Assembly (NCBI GenBank): GCA_031284645.1
Contig: JAITXS010000045.1
Coordinates: 1 to 35,120 of the forward strand
Length of the DNA stretch: 35,120 nt
DNA from: Spirochaetaceae bacterium
GTDB taxonomy: Bacteria > Spirochaetota > Spirochaetia > Treponematales > Breznakiellaceae
Reading direction: 5' to 3'
Shown: positions 34,743 through 35,120 of the stretch, piece by piece
How the letters are laid out: each line of letters starts with the position of its first letter
How positions within the stretch are numbered: the first letter of the stretch is position 1
Program-made: the position numbers and the translations under genes
The notes under the pieces: generated by a model
The model's database searches: none
What the model was told of the DNA's origin: nothing
The model's input: the letters and a program-made list of their open reading frames with translations, nothing else

Positions 34743-35120
34743 TCATCGTTTATACTTTTCTATCTGTTCTCTTTCAAAGACTCTCCCTTCGCTGTCTATT
34801 CCCACGACAAGGCGGATCTTTTCCATCAAGAGCGCTTTTATTGATTCCGAGTCCAGGTCTTCATAGGCCAATACCGTACATTTTTTTACCTGCCGTACCA
34901 TAAGTGCCGCCACTCCGCCGAAACCTAAAAAATAAACACGTTTGTATTGCTTGCAAAGGAGGGCCGCCCTGTCGGAACGCCCTCCTTTGCCTATTGTAGC
35001 TGAAACACCCAAACCATAACACATCTCTAAAAAACCATCCATCCTGATTGATGTTGTCGGTGCGATAGAACCTATAATATAACCCGGTTTTGCCGGACAG
35101 GGGCCTGCATAAAAAATAAC
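34743..35120 (-). CDS. Fe-S type hydro-lyase beta subunit (class I fumarate hydratase / tartrate dehydratase C-terminal domain type), 5'-partial
   Basis: The frame is open to the window edge. VIFYAGPCPAKPGYIIGSIAPTTSIRMD...TIGKGGRS...FGGVAAL matches the beta-subunit pattern. The ORF-track Met at 35042 is internal. Confidence 0.75.
   Translation of the reverse strand, partial: VIFYAGPCPAKPGYIIGSIAPTTSIRMDGFLEMCYGLGVSATIGKGGRSDRAALLCKQYKRVYFLGFGGVAALMVRQVKKCTVLAYEDLDSESIKALLMEKIRLVVGIDSEGRVFEREQIEKYKR

Overview
This is a 35.1-kb bacterial chromosomal window with about 30 credible protein genes and one tRNA. The proteins (RpoS-like sigma factor, HtpG, Era, many lipobox lipoproteins) look like a Treponema-type spirochaete; this rests on resemblance only, not on a search. 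The backbone is housekeeping. It holds an aroC-recO-lipoprotein-fmdB operon (minus) and a glgC-glgA-lipoprotein-era block (plus). It also holds map, an S41 C-terminal processing protease, TPR proteins, tRNA-Gly(UCC), htpG and a polar amino-acid ABC transporter. The right end carries a large trypsin-like lipoprotein, the RpoS-like sigma factor, a GT4 glycosyltransferase, a membrane metallophosphoesterase and a 5'-truncated Fe-S hydro-lyase beta subunit. Four things are not ordinary. (1) A modular GGGT/ACCC-rich repeat family of ~125-150 bp units occupies five intergenic loci (about ten units). It includes a 1.4-kb repeat hotspot holding an Rpn-like gene remnant, a perfect 51-bp inverted pair 11 kb apart, a perfect 67-bp direct pair, a (CCCTCTA)x6 microsatellite and many G-quadruplex-type motifs. 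(2) A second GC-rich element of ~65-85 bp with conserved ends and a variable central palindrome is present in three copies. One copy sits in-frame inside the chorismate synthase gene, and another sits inside an operon. (3) A tightly packed minus-strand operon encodes a circularly permuted ATP-grasp protein, an alpha-E protein and a transglutaminase-like protease. It is extended here by two tandem AstE/AspA (M14-like) deacylase paralogs, one lacking a zinc ligand, and runs directly into map. This is a predicted but functionally uncharacterised peptide-ligation or tagging system. (4) A sigma-54 type -24/-12 motif lies upstream of the RpoS-like sigma gene. An AT-rich radical SAM gene looks horizontally acquired.
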